64,000 nucleotides of DNA from the human T2T-CHM13v2.0 reference genome, Homo sapiens. Below the pieces are notes generated by a model. It had not been told where the DNA came from, ran no database searches, and saw only the letters and a list, made by a program, of their open reading frames with translations. The position numbers and the translations under genes were made by a program. Shown piece after piece: positions 39,171 through 53,421 of the stretch. The DNA is taken from NCBI RefSeq assembly GCF_009914755.1, contig NC_060948.1; one strand, written 5' to 3'. How positions within the stretch are numbered: the first letter of the stretch is position 1; each line of letters opens with the position of its first letter.

Positions 39171-42100
39171 ATATTAGAATGTAATGAACTTTAATGGAAT
39201 GTACTCGAATGGATTCGACTGGAATGGAATGTTCTGGAAGTGAATGGACTCCAATGGAATGGATTCAAAAGGAATGGAATCGTACGGAATGGAATCTAAT
39301 GGAATGGAATTAAATGGAAATGAATCAAATTGAATAGCACGGAATTGAATTGAATGGAATGGAATGCAATGGAATCTAATGAAACGGAAAGGAAAGGAAT
39401 GGAATGGAATGGAATGGGCTGGAATGGAAAGGAATCGAAACGAATGGAATGGAATCGAACTGAAGAGACTGGAATGGAATGCACTGGAATGGAAGGGAGT
39501 GTAATGGAAGGTTCTCGAAAAAAATGGAATCGAATGGAATGGAATTGAATGGAACGGAATAGAGTCGAATGGAATTGAATGGAATGGAATGGACTAGAGT
39601 GAAATGGAATCGAACCACAAGGAATGGACAGGAATAGAATGGTCTCGAATTGAATGGAATCGTATGGAATGGCATCAAACGGAATGGAATGGACAGCCAC
39701 GGAATGGAATGCACTCGAATGCAATGGAGTCGAAACTAATGGACTGGAATAGAATGGACTCGACTGGTACGGACTCCAATGGAATGGAATCGAATGGAAG
39801 GGAATCGAACGGAATGGACTCGAAGGGAAAAGACTGCAATGGAAAGGTCTCGAATGGAATGGAAATTAATGGAATGGAATGGAATCGAATGAAATGGAGT
39901 CAAAAGGAATGGAATCGAATGGCAAGAAATCGAATGTAATGGAATCGCAAGGAATTGATGTGAACGGAACGGAATGGAATGGAATCCAAAGGAATGGAAT
40001 AGAATGGAATGGAATCGAATGGAAAGGACTCGAATGGAAATCACTCGAATAGAATGCAATTTAATAAAATAGGATCAAATGTAATGGAATGGAATGGAAA
40101 GGAATCGAAACGAAAGGAATGGAGACAGATGGATTGGAATAGAACAGAGAGCAATGGTATAGAATGGAATGGAATCATCTGGAATGGAATTGAATGGAAT
40201 GGAATAATATGAAATGGAATGGAATGGAATGGAATGGAATGCCCTTGAATTAAATGGACTGGAATGGAATGGACTCGAACAGAGTGGAATGGAAAGTGTT
40301 GAGATAGAATGGAATGGACTCCTTTGGAATGGTCTAGTACGCAATGCAATCGACTGGCAGGGAATCAAAAGGAATGTAATCGAATGGATTGGACTGGAAT
40401 GCAATGGACTCGAATAGATTGCAAACGGGATGCAAAGGAATGGAATGGAATAGTATGGAATGGAATGGAAAGGAATGGAGTGGAATAGACTAGAGTGGAA
40501 TGGAATGGACTGGAAAGCAATGGACTGGAATGGAACTTTCTTGAATGGACTGGAATCAAACGGAATGGAATGCAATGCAATCAAATGGCATGGAATAAAA
40601 TAGAATGAAAGAGAATCAAATGGAATTGAATCGAATGGAATCGAATGGATTGGAAAGGAATAGAATGGAATGGAATGGAATGGACTCAAATGGAATGGAC
40701 TAGAATGGAATGGATTCGAATGGAAGGCAAAGGAATGGAATCTATTGGAATGGAATGTAATGGAATGGAATGGAAGGGATTCGAATGGACTCGAATGGAA
40801 TGGACTGCAATAGAAAGGGTTCGAATGGAATGAAAAAGAATTGAATGGAATAGAACAGAATGGAATCAAATCGAATGAAATGGAATGGAATAGAAAGGAA
40901 TGGAATGAAATGGAATGGAAAGGATTCGAATGGAATGCAATCGAATGGAATGGAATCGAACGGAATGGAATAAAATGGAAGAAAACTGGCAAGAAATGGA
41001 ATCGAAATGAATGGAGTGTTATGGAACGGACTCAAAAGGAATTGAATGTAATAGAATGGAGTGGAGTGGACTCGAATATAATGGACTGGAATGGAATGAA
41101 ATCACATGGAATGGGAACGAATGGAATGGAATGGAAAGGAATGGAATCGAATGGAAAGGAATCGAATGGAAGGGAATGAAATTGAATCAACAGGAATGGA
41201 AGGGAATAGAATAGACGGTAATGGAATGGACTCGAATAGAATGGACACGAATGCTCAAATTGAATGGACTCGAATGGAATGGAAACGAAAGGAATGTCAT
41301 CGAATGGAATTGAATCGATTGCAATGAAATCGCATAGAATGGAGTGGAATCAAATGGAATTGAATCGAAAGGAAAGGAAGCGAATGGACTGAAATGAAAT
41401 GGAATGGAATTGAATGGAAAGTAATGCAATGGAATAGAATGGAACGAAATTTCACGGAATGGAATCAAACTGAATGGAATCAAATCAATGGAATCAAATC
41501 AAATGGAATGGAAAGGAATTGAATGGAGTAGATTGGATTGGATGGGATTGGAATGAAATGTACTGGAAAGGACTCGAATTTCATGAAACGGAATGGAATG
41601 AATTGGAACGGAATGGACTCGAATGGAATGGAATGTCATGGAATGGCATCAAATGGAATGGCATCAAATGGAATGGAATCGAATGCAATGGAATGCTATG
41701 GAATGGAATGGAATGCATTGGAATGGAATGTCCTCTAATGGAATGGATTCGAGTGGAATGGAATCGAATATAATGGAGTCGAACGAAATGGAATTGAAAG
41801 GAATGGGATCGAATACAATGGAATATACTGGAATGTAATGTAATGAACTCGAATGTAATTGACTGGAATGGAAGGTATATGAATGGAATGTAATCGAATG
41901 GAAAGTAATCCAATGGAATAGAATCTAATGCAATAAAATCGACTCAGATAGAGTAGCATGTAATGGAATGGAGTGCAGTGCAATGGAATGGAATGGAATG
42001 GAATGCAATGGAATGGAATGGAATGGAATGGAATGGAATGGAATGGAATGGGATGGGATGGAATGGTATGGAATGGATAGTAATGGACTGGAGTGAAATG

Positions 42101-42739
42101 GACTGGAAAGGAATGGACTCAAATTGAAAGGGCTCGAAAGGAATGGAGTCAAATGGAATGGTCTGGAATGGAATGAACACGAATGTAATGCAATCCAATA
42201 GAATGGAATCGAATGGCATGGAATATAAAGAAATGGAATCGGAGAGAATGGAAACAAATGGAATGGAATTGAATGGAATGGAATTGAATGGAATGGGAAC
42301 GAATGGAGTGAAATTGTATGCAGTAGAAGGGAATAGAATGGAATGCAAGCAAAAGGAAAGGAATGGATTGGAATGGAATGGAATTCATTGGAATGGAAGG
42401 GAATGTAGTGTAATGGACAGGCCTGGAATAAAGTGCAATGCTACGGTCTCGAATGGAATAAAAATGTATGGAATGGAATGCAATGAAATGGAATCGAATG
42501 TCATAGAATGTAATGGAATGCAACAAAATGGAATCCAATATCATTGACTGGAAAGGCTGGGTGTCGAAAGGAATTGACTCCAATGGAATGGAATCGAATG
42601 GAATGGAAGTGAATAGAATCGAACTAAATTGAATGGAATGGAATTGATAGGAACGGAATGGAAAGGAATGCAATGATTTGGCATGGAATGGAATCGAATG
42701 GCATCGAATGGAATGGAATGGAATGCAATGGAATGGAAG
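39171..42739 (+). repeat. Unit 12 (3569 bp), dimer half B
   Basis: Landmark variant ATATTAG at 39171, next at 42740. Confidence 0.92.
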
Positions 42740-45700
42740 GTATTAGAATGGAATGAACTTTAATGGAATGTACTCGAATGGATTCGACTGGAATGGAATG
42801 TTCTGGAAGTGAATGGACTCCAATGGAATGGATTCAAAAGGAATGGAATCGTACGGAATGGAATCTAATGGAATGGAATTAAATGGAAATGAATCAAATT
42901 GAATAGCACGGAATTGAATTGAATGGAATGGAATGCAATGGAATCTAATGAAACGGAAAGGAAAGGAATGGAATGGAATGGAATGGGCTGGAATGGAAAG
43001 GAATCGAAACGAATGGAATGGAATCGAACTGAAGAGACTGGAATGGAATGCACTGGAATGGAAGGGAGTGTAATGGAAGGTTCTCGAAAAAAATGGAATC
43101 GAATGGAATGGAATTGAATGGAACGGAATAGAGTCGAATGGAATTGAATGGAATGGAATGGACTAGAGTGAAATGGAATCGAACCACAAGGAATGGACAG
43201 GAATAGAATGGTCTCGAATTGAATGGAATCGTATGGAATGGCATCAAACGGAATGGAATGGACAGCCACGGAATGGAATGCACTCGAATGCAATGGAGTC
43301 GAAACTAATGGACTGGAATAGAATGGACTCGACTGGTACGGACTCCAATGGAATGGAATCGAATGGAAGGGAATCGAACGGAATGGACTCGAAGGGAAAA
43401 GACTGCAATGGAAAGGTCTCGAATGGAATGGAAATTAATGGAATGGAATGGAATCGAATGAAATGGAGTCAAAAGGAATGGAATCGAATGGCAAGAAATC
43501 GAATGTAATGGAATCGCAAGGAATTGATGTGAACGGAACGGAATGGAATGGAATCCAAAGGAATGGAATAGAATGGAATGGAATCGAATGGAAAGGACTC
43601 GAATGGCAATCACTCGAATAGAATGCAATTTAATAAAATAGGATCAAATGTAATGGAATGGAATGGAAAGGAATCGAAACGAAAGGAATGGAGACAGATG
43701 GAATGGAATGGAACAGAGAGCAATGGTATAGAATGGAATGGAATCATCTGGAATGGAATTGAATGGAATGGAATAATATGAAATGGAATGGAATGGAATG
43801 GAATGGAATGCCCTTGAATTAAATGGACTGGAATGGAATGGACTCGAACAGAGTGGAATGGAAAGTGTTGAGATAGAATGGAATGGACTCCTTTGGAATG
43901 GTCTAGTATGCAATGCAATCGACTGGCAGGGAATCAAAAGGAATGTAATCGAATGGATTGGACTGGAATGCAATGGACTCGAATAGATTGGAAACGGGAT
44001 GCAAAGGAATGGAATGGAATAGTATGGAATGGAATGGAAAGGAATGGAGTGGAATAGACTAGAGTGGAATGGAATGGACTGGAAAGCAATGGACTGGAAT
44101 GGAACTTTCTTGAATGGACTGGAATCAAACGGAATGGGATGCAATGCAATCAAATGGCATGGAATAAAATAGAATGAAAGAGAATCAAATGGAATTGAAT
44201 CGAATGGAATCGAATGGATTGGAAAGGAATAGAATGGAATGGAATGGAATGGACTCAAATGGAATGGACTAGAATGGAATGGATTCGAATGGAAGGCAAA
44301 GGAATGGAATCTATTGGAATGGACTGTAATGGAATGGAATGGAAGGGATTGGAATGGACTCAAATAGAATGGACTGCAATAGAAAGGATTCGAATGGAAT
44401 GAAAAAGAATTGAATGGAATAGAACAGAATGGAATCAAATCGAATGAAATGGAATGGAATAGAAAGGAATGGAATGAAATGGAATGGAAAGGATTCGAAT
44501 GGAATGCAATCGAATGGAATGGAATCGAACGGAATGGAATAAAATGGAAGAAAACTGGCAAGAAATGGAATCGAAATGAATGGAGTGTTATGGAACGGAC
44601 TCAAAAGGAATTGAATGTAATAGAATGGAGTGGAGTGGACTCGAATATAATGGACTGGAATGGAATGAAATCACATGGAATGGGAACGAATGGAATGGAA
44701 TGGAAAGGAATGGAATCGAATGGAAAGGAATCGAATGGAAGGGAATGAAATTGAATCAACAGGAATGGAAGGGAATAGAATAGACGGTAATGGAATGGAC
44801 TCGAATAGAATGGACACGAATGCTCAAATTGAATGGACTCCAATGGAATGGAAACGAAAGGAATGTCATCGAATGGAATTGAATCGATTGCAATGAAATC
44901 GCATAGAATGGAGTGGAATCAAATGGAATTGAATCGAAAGGAAAGGAAGCGAATGGACTGAAATGAAATGGAATGGAATTGAATGGAAAGTAATGCAATG
45001 GAATAGAATGGAACGAAATTTCACGGAATGGAATCAAACTGAATGGAATCAAATCAATGGAATCTAATCAAATGGAATGGAAAGGAATTGAATGGAGTAG
45101 ATTGGATTGGATGGGATTGGAATGAAATGTACTGGAAAGGACTCGAATTTCATGAAACGGAATGGAATGAATTGGAACGGAATGGACTCGAATGGAATGG
45201 AATGTCATGGAATGGCATCAAATGGAATGGCATCAAATGGAATGGAATCGAATGCAATGGAATGCTATGGAATGGAATGGAATGCATTGGAATGGAATGT
45301 CCTCTAATGGAATGGATTCGAGTGGAATGGAATCGAATATAATGGAGTCGAATGAAATGGAATTGAAAGGAATGGGATCGAATACAATGGAATATACTGG
45401 AATGTAATGTAATGAACTCGAATGTAATTGACTGGAATGGAATGTACATGAATGGAAGGTAATCGAATGGAAAGTAATCCAATGGAATAGAATCTAATGC
45501 AATAAAACCGACTCAGATAGAGTAGAATGTAATGGAATGGAGTGCAGTGCAATGGAATGGAATGGAATTGAATGCAATGGAATGGAATGGAATGGAATGG
45601 AATGGAATGGAATGGAAAGGAATGGGATGGAATGGTATGGAATGGATAGTAATGGACTGGAGTGAAATGGACTGGAAAGGAATGGACTCAAATTGAAAGG

Positions 45701-46308
45701 GCTCGAAAGGAATGGAGTCAAATGGAATGGTCTGGAATGGAATGAACACGAATGTAATGCAATCCAATAGAATGGAATCGAATGGCATGGAATATAAAGA
45801 AATGGATTCGAAGAGAATGGAAACAAATGGAATGGAATTGAATGGAATGGAATTGAATGGAATGGGAACGAATGGAGTGAAATTGTATGCAGTAGAAGGG
45901 AATAGAAAGGAATGCAAGCGAAAGGAAAGGAATGGATTGTAATGGAATGGAATTCATTGGAATGGAAGGGAATGTAGTGTAATGGACAGGCCTGGAATAA
46001 AGTGGAATGCTACGGTCTCGAATGGAATAAAAATGTATGGAATGGAATGCAATGAAATGGAATCGAATGTCATAGAATGTAATGGAATGCAACAAAATGG
46101 AATCCAATATCATTGACTGGAAAGGCTGGGTGTCGAAAGGAATTGACTCCAATGGAATGGAATCGAATGGAATGGAAGTGAATAGAATCGAACTAAATCG
46201 AATGGAATGGAATTGATAGGAACGGAATGGAAAGGAATGCAATGATTTGGCATGGAATGGAATCGAATGGCATCGAATGGAATGGAATGGAATGCAATGG
46301 AATGGAAT
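42740..46308 (+). repeat. Unit 13 (3569 bp), dimer half A'
   Basis: Landmarks 42740/46309. Confidence 0.92.
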
Positions 46309-49300
46309 ATATTAGAATGTAATGAACTTTAATGGAATGTACTCGAATGGATTCGACTGGAATGGAATGTTCTGGAAGTGAATGGACTCCAATGGAATGG
46401 ATTCAAAAGGAATGGAATCGTACGGAATGGAATCTAATGGAATGGAATTAAATGGAAATGAATCAAATTGAATAGCACGGAATTGAATTGAATGGAATGG
46501 AATGCAATGGAATCTAATGAAACGGAAAGGAAAGGAATGGAATGGAATGGAATGGGCTGGAATGGAAAGGAATCGAAACGAATGGAATGGAATCGAACTG
46601 AAGAGACTGGAATGGAATGCACTGGAATGGAAGGGAGTGTAATGGAAGGTTCTCGAAAAAAATGGAATCGAATGGAATGGAATTGAATGGAACGGAATAG
46701 AGTCGAATGGAATTGAATGGAATGGAATGGACTAGAGTGAAATGGAATCGAACCACAAGGAATGGAGAGGAATAGAATGGTCTCGAATTGAATGGAATCG
46801 TATGGAATGGCATCAAACGGAATGGAATGGACAGCCACGGAATGGAATGCACTCGAATGCAATGGAGTCGAAACTAATGGACTGGAATAGAATGGACTCG
46901 ACTGGTACGGACTCCAATGGAATGGAATCGAATGGAAGGGAATCGAACGGAATGGACTCGAAGGGAAAAGACTGCAATGGAAAGGTCTCGAATGGAATGG
47001 AAATTAATGGAATGGAATGGAATCGAATGAAATGGAGTCAAAAGGAATGGAATCGAATGGCAAGAAATCGAATGTAATGGAATCGCAAGGAATTGATGTG
47101 AACGGAACGGAATGGAATGGAATCCAAAGGAATGGAATAGAATGGAATGGAATCGAATGGAAAGGACTCGAATGGAAATCACTCGAATAGAATGCAATTT
47201 AATAAAATAGGATCAAATGTAATGGAATGGAATGGAAAGGAATCGAAACGAAAGGAATGGAGACAGATGGATTGGAATAGAACAGAGAGCAATGGTATAG
47301 AATGGAATGGAATCATCTGGAATGGAATTGAATGGAATGGAATAATATGAAATGGAATGGAATGGAATGGAATGGAATGCCCTTGAATTAAATGGACTGG
47401 AATGGAATGGACTCGAACAGAGTGGAATGGAAAGTGTTGAGATAGAATGGAATGGACTCCTTTGGAATGGTCTAGTACGCAATGCAATCTACTGGCAGGG
47501 AATCAAAAGGAATGTAATCGAATGGATTGGACTGGAATGCAATGGACTCGAATAGATTGCAAACGGGATGCAAAGGAATGGAATGGAATAGTATGGAATT
47601 TAATGGAAAGGAATGGAGTGGAATAGACTAGAGTGGAATGGAATGGACTGGAAAGCAATGGACTGGAATGGAACTTTCTTGAATGGACTGGAATCAAACG
47701 GAATGGAATGCAATGCAATCAAATGGCATGGAATAAAATAGAATGAAAGAGAATCAAATGGAATTGAATCGAATGGAATCGAATGGATTGGAAAGGAATA
47801 GAATGGAATGGAATGGAATGGACTCAAATGGAATGGACTAGAATGGAATGGATTCGAATGGAAGGCAAAGGAATGGAATCTATTGGAATGGACTGTAATG
47901 GAATGGAATGGAAGGGATTCGAATGGACTCGAATGGAATGGACTGCAATAGAAAGGGTTCGAATGGAATGAAAAAGAATTGAATGGAATAGAACAGAATG
48001 GAATCAAATCGAATGAAATGGAATGGAATAGAAAGGAATGGAATGAAATGGAATGGAAAGGATTCGAATGGAATGCAATCGAATGGAATGGAATCGAACG
48101 GAATGGAATAAAATGGAAGAAAACTGGCAAGAAATGGAATCGAAATGAATGGAGTGTTATGGAACGGACTCAAAAGGAATTGAATGTAATAGAATGGAGT
48201 GGAGTGGACTCGAATATAATGGACTGGAATGGAATGAAATCACATGGAATGGGAACGAATGGAATGGAATGGAAAGGAATGGAATCGAATGGAAAGGAAT
48301 CGAATGGAAGGGAATGAAATTGAATCAACAGGAATGGAAGGGAATAGAATAGACGGTAATGGAATGGACTCGAATAGAATGGACACGAATGCTCAAATTG
48401 AATGGACTCGAATGGAATGGAAACGAAAGGAATGTCATCGAATGGAATTGAATCGATTGCAATGAAATCGCATAGAATGGAGTGGAATCAAATGGAATTG
48501 AATCGAAAGGAAAGGAAGCGAATGGACTGAAATGAAATGGAATGGAATTGAATGGAAAGTAATGCAATGGAATAGAATGGAACGAAATTTCACGGAATGG
48601 AATCAAACTGAATGGAATCAAATCAATGGAATCTAATCAAATGGAATGGAAAGGAATTGAATGGAGTAGATTGGATTGGATGGGATTGGAATGAAATGTA
48701 CTGGAAAGGACTCGAATTTCATGAAACGGAATGGAATGAATTGGAACGGAATGGACTCGAATGGAATGGAATGTCATGGAATGGCATCAAATGGAATGGC
48801 ATCAAATGGAATGGAATCGAATGCAATGGAATGCTATGGAATGGAATGGAATGCATTGGAATGGAATGTCCTCTAATGGAATGGATTCGAGTGGAATGGA
48901 ATCGAATATAATGGAGTCGAACGAAATGGAATTGAAAGGAATGGGATCGAATACAATGGAATATACTGGAATGTAATGTAATGAACTCGAATGTAATTGA
49001 CTGGAATGGAAGGTATATGAATGGAATGTAATCGAATGGAAAGTAATCCAATGGAATAGAATCTAATGCAATAAAATCGACTCAGATAGAGTAGCATGTA
49101 ATGGAATGGAGTGCAGAGCAATGGAATGGAATGGAATGGAATGCAATGGAATGGAATGGAATGGAATGGAATGGAATGGAATGGAATGGGATGGGATGGA
49201 ATGGTATGGAATGGATAGTAATGGACTGGAGTGAAATGGACTGGAAAGGAATGGACTCAAATTGAAAGGGCTCGAAAGGAATGGAGTCAAATGGAATGGT

Positions 49301-49877
49301 CTGGAATGGAATGAACACGAATGTAATGCAATCCAATAGAATGGAATCGAATGGCATGGAATATAAAGAAATGGAATCGGAGAGAATGGAAACAAATGGA
49401 ATGGAATTGAATGGAATGGAATTGAATGGAATGGGAACGAATGGAGTGAAATTGTATGCAGTAGAAGGGAATAGAATGGAATGCAAGCAAAAGGAAAGGA
49501 ATGGATTGGAATGGAATGGAATTCATTGGAATGGAAGGGAATGTAGTGTAATGGACAGGCCTGGAATAAAGTGCAATGCTACGGTCTCGAATGGAATAAA
49601 AATGTATGGAATGGAATGCAATGAAATGGAATCGAATGTCATAGAATGTAATGGAATGCAACAAAATGGAATCCAATATCATTGACTGGAAAGGCTGGGT
49701 GTCGAAAGGAATTGACTCCAATGGAATGGAATCGAATGGAATGGAAGTGAATAGAATCGAACTAAATTGAATGGAATGGAATTGATAGGAACGGAATGGA
49801 AAGGAATGCAATGATTTGGCATGGAATGGAATCGAATGGCATCGAATGGAATGGAATGGAATGCAATGGAATGGAAT
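46309..49877 (+). repeat. Unit 14 (3569 bp), dimer half B'
   Basis: Landmark variant ATATTAG at 46309, next at 49878. Confidence 0.92.
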
Positions 49878-52800
49878 GTATTAGAATGTAATGAACTTTA
49901 ATGGAATGTACTCGAATGGATTCGACTGGAATGGAATGTTCTGGAAGTGAATGGACTCCAATGGAATGGATTCAAAAGGAATGGAATCGTACGGAATGGA
50001 ATCTAATGGAATGGAATTAAATGGAAATGAATCAAATTGAATAGCACGGAATTGAATTGAATGGAATGGAATGCAATGGAATCTAATGAAACGGAAAGGA
50101 AAGGAATGGAATGGAATGGAATGGGCTGGAATGGAAAGGAATCGAAACGAATGGAATGGAATCGAACTGAAGAGACTGGAATGGAATGCACTGGAATGGA
50201 AGGGAGTGTAATGGAAGGTTCTCGAAAAAAATGGAATCGAATGGAATGGAATTGAATGGAACGGAATAGAGTCGAATGGAATTGAATGGAATGGAATGGA
50301 CTAGAGTGAAATGGAATCGAACCACAAGGAATGGACATGAATAGAATGGTCTCGAATTGAATGGAATCGTATGGAATGGCATCAAACGGAATGGAATGGA
50401 CAGCCACGGAATGGAATGCACTCGAATGCAATGGAGTCGAAACTAATGGACTGGAATAGAATGGACTCGACTGGTACGGACTCCAATGGAATGGAATCGA
50501 ATGGAAGGGAATCGAACGGAATGGACTCGAAGGGAAAAGACTGCAATGGAAAGGTCTCGAATGGAATGGAAATTAATGGAATGGAATGGAATCGAATGAA
50601 ATGGAGTCAAAAGGAATGGAATCGAATGGCAAGAAATCGAATGTAATGGAATCGCAAGGAATTGATGTGAACGGAACGGAATGGAATGGAATCCAAAGGA
50701 ATGGAATAGAATGGAATGGAATCGAATGGAAAGGACTCGAATGGCAATCACTCGAATAGAATGCAATTTAATAAAATAGGATCAAATGTAATGGAATGGA
50801 ATGGAAAGGAATCGAAACGAAAGGAATGGAGACAGATGGAATGGAATGGAACAGAGAGCAATGGTATAGAATGGAATGGAATCATCTGGAATGGAATTGA
50901 ATGGAATGGAATAATATGAAATGGAATGGAATGGAATGGAATGGAATGCCCTTGAATTAAATGGACTGGAATGGAATGGACTCGAACAGAGTGGAATGGA
51001 AAGTGTTGAGATAGAATGGAATGGACTCCTCTGGAATGGTCTAGTATGCAATGCAATCGACTGGCAGGGAATCAAAAGGAATGTAATCGAATGGATTGGA
51101 CTGGAATGCAATGGACTCGAATAGATTGGAAACGGGATGCAAAGGAATGGAATGGAATAGTATGGAATGGAATGGAAAGGAATGGAGTGGAATAGACTAG
51201 AGTGGAATGGAATGGACTGGAAAGCAATGGACTGGAATGGAACTTTCTTGAATGGACTGGAATCAAACGGAATGGAATGCAATGCAATCAAATGGCATGG
51301 AATAAAATAGAATGAAAGAGAATCAAATGGAATTGAATCGAATGGAATCGAATGGATTGGAAAGGAATAGAATGGAATGGAATGGAATGGACTCAAATGG
51401 AATGGACTAGAATGGAATGGATTCGAATGGAAGGCAAAGGAATGGAATCTATTGGAATGGACTGTAATGGAATGGAATGGAAGGGATTGGAATGGACTCG
51501 AATGGAATGGACTGCAATAGAAAGGATTCGAATGGAATGAAAAAGAATTGAATGGAATAGAACAGAATGGAATCAAATCGAATGAAATGGAATGGAATAG
51601 AAAGGAATGGAATGAAATGGAATGGAAAGGATTCGAATGGAATGCAATCGAATGGAATGGAATCGAACGGAATGGAATAAAATGGAAGAAAACTGGCAAG
51701 AAATGGAATCGAAATGAATGGAGTGTTATGGAACGGACTCAAAAGGAATTGAATGTAATAGAATGGAGTGGAGTGGACTCGAATATAATGGACTGGAATG
51801 GAATGAAATCACATGGAATGGGAACGAATGGAATGGAATGGAAAGGAATGGAATCGAATGGAAAGGAATCGAATGGAAGGGAATGAAATTGAATCAACAG
51901 GAATGGAAGGGAATAGAATAGACGGTAATGGAATGGACTCGAATTGAATGGACACGAATGCTCAAATTGAATGGACTCGAATGGAATGGAAACGAAAGGA
52001 ATGTCATCGAATGGAATTGAATCGATTGGAATGAAATCGCATAGAATGGAGTGGAATCAAATGGAATTGAATCGAAAGGAAAGGAAGCGAATGGACTGAA
52101 ATGAAATGGAATGGAATTGAATGGAAACTAATGCAATGGAATAGAATGGAACGAAATTTCACGGAATGGAATCAAACTGAATGGAATCAAATCACTGGAA
52201 TCTAATCAAATGGAATGGAAAGGAATTGAATGGAGTACATTGGATTGGATGGGATTGGAATGAAATGTACTGGAAAGGACTCGAATTTCATGAAACGGAA
52301 TGGAATGAATTGGAACGGAATGGACTCGAATGGAATGGAATGTCATGGAATGGCATCAAATGGAATGGCATCAAATGGAATGGAATCGAATGCAATGGAA
52401 TGCTATGGAATGGAATGGAATGCATTGGAATGGAATGTCCTCTAATGGAATGGATTCGAGTGGAATGGAATCGAATATAATGGAGTCGAATGAAATGGAA
52501 TTGAAAGGAATGGGATCGAATACAATGGAATATACTGGAATGTAATGTAATGAACTAAAATGTAATTGACTGGAATGGAATGTACATGAATGGAATGTAA
52601 TCGAATGGAAAGTAATCCAATGGAATAGAATCTAATGCAATAAAATCGACTCAGATAGAGTAGAATGTAATGGAATGGAGTGCAGTGCAATGGAATGGAA
52701 TGGAATGGAATGGAATGGAATGGAATGGAATGGAATGGGATGGAATGGTATGGAATGGACAGTAATGGACTGGAGTGAAATGGACTGGAAAGGAATGGAC

Positions 52801-53421
52801 TCAAATTGAAAGGGCTCGAAAGGAATAGAGACAAATGGAATGGTCTGGAATGGAATGAACACGAATGTAATGCAATCCAATAGAATGGAGTCGAATGGCA
52901 TGGAATATAAAGAAATGGAATCGAAGAGAATGGAAACAAATGGAATGGAATTGAACGGAATGGAATTGAATGGAATGGGAGCGAATGGAGTGAAATTGTA
53001 TGCAGTAGAAGAGAATAGAATGGAATGCAAGCGAAAGGAAAGGAATGGATTGGAATGGAATGGAATTCATTGGAATGGAAGGGAATGTAGTGTAATGGAC
53101 AGGCCTGGAATAAAGTGGAATGCTACGGTCTCGAATGGAATAAAAATGTATGGAATGGAATGCAATGAAACGGAATCGAATGTCATAGAATGTAATGGAA
53201 TGCAAAAAAATGGAATCCAAAATCATTGACTGGAAAGGCTGGGTGTCGAAAGGAATTGACTCCAATGGAATGGAATCGAATGGAATGGAAGTGAATAGAA
53301 TCGAACTAAATCGAATGGAATGGAATTGATAGGAACGGAATGGAAAGGAATGCAATGATTTGGCATGGAATGGAATCGAATGGCATCGAATGGAATGGAA
53401 TGGAATGCAATGGAATGGAAT
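49878..53421 (+). repeat. Unit 15 (3544 bp)
   Basis: Landmarks 49878/53422. A-like head and a divergent tail. Confidence 0.92.
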
